DNA of 64,000 nucleotides from Opitutia bacterium (lineage in GTDB: Bacteria; Verrucomicrobiota; Verrucomicrobiia; Opitutales; T3Sed10-336). Positions 61,137 to 64,000 of this stretch are shown piece after piece. The first letter of the stretch is position 1, and each line of letters starts with the position of its first letter. Location of the stretch: the NCBI GenBank assembly GCA_050506795.1, contig JBJHCF010000005.1, forward strand, positions 64,001 through 128,000, in the 5' to 3' direction. Made by a program: the position numbers and the translations under genes. The notes beneath the pieces were generated by a model that was not told the origin of the DNA, did not search any database, and saw nothing but the letters and a program-made list of their open reading frames with translations.

Positions 61137-62402
61137 TCAGTCGTAGCGCAGGGCCACAATCGGGTCCAGTTTTGCCGCCCGCATCGCCGGATAGATACCG
61201 AAGATCACGCCTACCGCCACACTGATTCCAAGCGAGAGCACGATGGCGTACATGGGTACGATCGTGGGCATTCCCGCGAAATATTCGATGACTTGCGGGA
61301 TGGTGACTCCCACCGCGATTCCGATTAATCCTCCGATGCTCGAAAGCACAATGGTTTCGATCAGGAATTGGCCTATGATCTGGGAGCGGCGGGCGCCGAT
61401 GGCTCGTCTGATTCCGATTTCCCTGGTGCGCTCGGTAACCGAGGCGAGCATGATATTCATGATGCCGATGCCTCCGACCAGAAGACTGATCCCGGCAATG
61501 GACCCCAGTACGATATTGAAGGTACGTTGGGTCGCTTCGGCCTGGCGCAGGAGAGCCAGCGGGACGCTGACCCGGTAATCCTCGCGGCTGTGAAACCGCT
61601 GCAACATGTGTTCGATGGCGGTGGCGGCGGATTGGACGTTTTCAATGTCGTCAATTTCGACCACCAGCTGGTGCAACTCCACCATGGAGCGCTCTTGAGA
61701 GCCCTCGCGTCGTCGGATCACGATGTCGCCGAAACGTTCGCGGGCGGTGGTCATGGGAATGTAGGCGTCGACCTCCTGGTCCGGAGTCTGGACTCCTCCG
61801 GCGGCCCCACCGGTTTCACTGCGAATAATTCCGACAACCTGGTAGTAGTTCTGGCCGACCCGGATGCTGCTGCCAATGGCTTCCTCGGTGGCAAGGAGTC
61901 TACGCGCGGAGCGTTCGGTCAACACGCACACATTGGCATTGCGAACCATGTCCGATTCCTGGAGTCGGCGTCCGGCCAAAAGTTCCCGCTCGACCAGATC
62001 GAACCAGTCGGGGGTGGTCCCGACAATCCGCAACTCCATATTGCGGCCGCGTACGCGTGCCTCATAAGGTATCAGTTTTGCGGGCACGGTTCGGGTGACC
62101 GAGGAAATGGTTTCCTTGATGCGGGTTTCATCATCGTAGGTCAGACCGTAAATGCTCATGCGTACCCGTTCGCTGGCTTGATCCTCCTGCGGCTGGACCG
62201 AGTTGATGATGATATTCTGGCTGCCCAAACGGCGAATCTGTTCCTGCGCCTCCTCGCTCGCGCCCGTACCCACGGCCAACATGGCAATCACGCTCCCAAC
62301 GCCAAAAACCACTCCGAGCATGGTCAGCATCGAACGCAGCTTGTGCAGCAGCAGGGTTTTTATTCCCAGTTGAATCAGGAGAAGATAGCGATGGAAGTTC
62401 AT
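61137..62402 (-). CDS. MacB/FtsX-like ABC transporter permease
   Basis: RSMLTMLGVVFGV, SLLVGGIGIMNIMLASVTERTREIGIRRAIGA, LDPIVALR. Confidence 0.93.
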   Translation of the reverse strand: MNFHRYLLLIQLGIKTLLLHKLRSMLTMLGVVFGVGSVIAMLAVGTGASEEAQEQIRRLGSQNIIINSVQPQEDQASERVRMSIYGLTYDDETRIKETISSVTRTVPAKLIPYEARVRGRNMELRIVGTTPDWFDLVERELLAGRRLQESDMVRNANVCVLTERSARRLLATEEAIGSSIRVGQNYYQVVGIIRSETGGAAGGVQTPDQEVDAYIPMTTARERFGDIVIRRREGSQERSMVELHQLVVEIDDIENVQSAATAIEHMLQRFHSREDYRVSVPLALLRQAEATQRTFNIVLGSIAGISLLVGGIGIMNIMLASVTERTREIGIRRAIGARRSQIIGQFLIETIVLSSIGGLIGIAVGVTIPQVIEYFAGMPTIVPMYAIVLSLGISVAVGVIFGIYPAMRAAKLDPIVALRYD

Positions 62403-62404
62403 GA

Positions 62405-63172
62405 TCAGTCGATGCGATCAATCAGGCCGTCTTTCATGTGCAGGCGATGATCGGCCCAGGCCGCGATGTCCGGCTCGTGGGTCACAATGATGATGGTCTT
62501 GCCTTGTTTATTCAGATCCCGGAGCAGTTCCATAATGTTTTCACCCGTGGCCGAATCCAGGTTTCCCGTCGGTTCGTCGGCCAGGATGACGTGCGGATCG
62601 TTGGCAAGAGCCCGGGCGATGGCGACACGTTGCTGCTGACCGCCCGAGAGTTCGGCGGGCCGGTGGCCGAGACGCTGATCCAGGTCGACACTGCGGGCCA
62701 GTTCCGCCGCTCTTGCCGCACTTTCGTGCGGCTCCCAGCCCAGATAAAAGAGGGGGAGTTCGATATTCTCCCTGACTGTGAGCTGGGCGATGAGATTGAA
62801 ACTCTGGAACACGAATCCGAGATAGGTAAGGCGAATCTGACTTAAATCGTCGTCTTCCAGTTGGCTGACATCGGTGTCGGCCAGAATATATTTTCCGGAG
62901 GTTGGCCGATCCAGGCACCCAAGAAGATTGAGCATGGTGCTCTTTCCGGAACCGGATGGTCCCATGATGGCCCAGAAGCTGCCGGGTTTGAAACTGACGG
63001 TTACCCCGGCCAGCGCATGGACCTTTTCCGAACCCATCTGATAAATCTTGCGAACGTCCTCCAGGCGCACAATGGCGTCGAGCTCGCTCTCTTTCTTTAC
63101 CTGCGGTTCAGTGCTGGTGGCATCCATTGGTTGGTCGGCGATTCGAAGATTGTCATCCCCCACGGGTTCCAT
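62405..63172 (-). CDS. MacB/LolD-like ABC transporter ATP-binding protein
   Basis: [30 protein letters not shown]. Confidence 0.95.
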   Translation of the reverse strand: MEPVGDDNLRIADQPMDATSTEPQVKKESELDAIVRLEDVRKIYQMGSEKVHALAGVTVSFKPGSFWAIMGPSGSGKSTMLNLLGCLDRPTSGKYILADTDVSQLEDDDLSQIRLTYLGFVFQSFNLIAQLTVRENIELPLFYLGWEPHESAARAAELARSVDLDQRLGHRPAELSGGQQQRVAIARALANDPHVILADEPTGNLDSATGENIMELLRDLNKQGKTIIIVTHEPDIAAWADHRLHMKDGLIDRID

Positions 63173-63186
63173 TCCGTTCGGCCTTT

Positions 63187-63999
63187 TCAGCTCGCCTCCT
63201 GGTCCCGTTCCGAGGCCTCGGCGCTACCGATCAACTCTTCCATCTGAGTCTCGGTTTCCTCGTCGCCATGGTCGATTCGATCATGCAGCGGCGGAGCGAG
63301 CAAAACGACTTCGCCTTCTTCAACTCCACTGCGAATGTGTACCACGCGATTGTTGTCCAGCCCGATCTCCACCCGCCGGGGCTGAGGACCGCCGGGGGTT
63401 TGTACGTAGACGAAATGCTGTCCCGCGTAGCGAATCACCGACTGGATCGGCACATAGAGCACATCGGAGAGTTCCTCGACGATGATTTCGGCGCGGCAGC
63501 TCATACCGGTGCGAAGGTCTCTGGCATCGACCTCAATTTGGGTGCTGTAAACTGTTAAATCAGGATTCAGCCAGATGCTTTGGGCATCGGGCATGGGGGC
63601 TATGCGGCGCACCACGCCCTCGTACACTCGGCCTGGTCGGGCATCGACAGTAATGCGGGCGGGCATGCCGACGTCGATCCTGTCCAGGGCCGACTCGTGC
63701 ACCCGGATTTCGGCGATCATGCCCTCCGAAGCTGGCAGGTAAATGAGTTCCTGACGTTCGCGCACCTCCTGTCCGGCTTCGAGGGGCTCCTGGTTCGCCC
63801 GCCGACCTGTGTTGGCGCTGGTTTCGTAAACGACCATTCCGGCCGAGGGGGCCACGATGGTGCACATTTCGATCTGGTTTTCCAGCCGGGCTAATTGCTG
63901 CCGCTGACGCTGCAGTTCCTGCGAACGCGCGTTGAAATTGGCGCGCGCTTGAACCATATCGGCTTCCGCTCTCATGCGGGTCCGTTCCAGGCTCTCGTG
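63187..63999 (-). CDS. MacA-like periplasmic adaptor (membrane fusion protein), 5' end outside window
   Basis: Coiled coil, IVAPSAGMV, LRTGMS, VLYVP, VEIGL; frame open to the window edge. Confidence 0.88.
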   Translation of the reverse strand, partial: HESLERTRMRAEADMVQARANFNARSQELQRQRQQLARLENQIEMCTIVAPSAGMVVYETSANTGRRANQEPLEAGQEVRERQELIYLPASEGMIAEIRVHESALDRIDVGMPARITVDARPGRVYEGVVRRIAPMPDAQSIWLNPDLTVYSTQIEVDARDLRTGMSCRAEIIVEELSDVLYVPIQSVIRYAGQHFVYVQTPGGPQPRRVEIGLDNNRVVHIRSGVEEGEVVLLAPPLHDRIDHGDEETETQMEELIGSAEASERDQEAS

Positions 64000-64000
64000 T

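Overview
High-GC bacterial chromosomal window. Gene order and protein style (dnaK-groES-groEL, ileS-dksA-lspA, TorF-type barrel) are consistent with a Verrucomicrobiota/Opitutia-like organism; this is an inference. Most of the window is housekeeping: chaperones, ileS, valS, mutL, clpP, ispD/E/F, pyrF, purH, glnD, galE, ribB, PTS enzyme I, hemL and a MacAB-like exporter. Three accessory blocks stand out. (1) A ~9.6 kb defence island right after tRNA-Arg(CCT), with no visible integrase: type I R-M with a DUF4258/DUF2283 TA pair and an XRE remnant inserted, an ABC-ATPase + TOPRIM-like pair (PARIS-like) and a NucS-like nuclease. (2) A five-gene hexuronate catabolic cluster. (3) The best candidate for an undescribed system, a tightly coupled and visibly AT-richer operon at 51650-56959: a LuxD-type acyl-ACP thioesterase fused to a SAM methyltransferase, a multi-TM/GAF histidine kinase, and a GAF-PAS-degenerate GGDEF-pseudo-receiver protein. 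It plausibly makes and senses a fatty-acid methyl ester signal, by analogy to Ralstonia PhcB/PhcS. A ~190 nt nested inverted-repeat element between ispF and ispD may be a 6S-like RNA or a REPIN/MITE. All calls come from reading motifs by eye; no searches were run.
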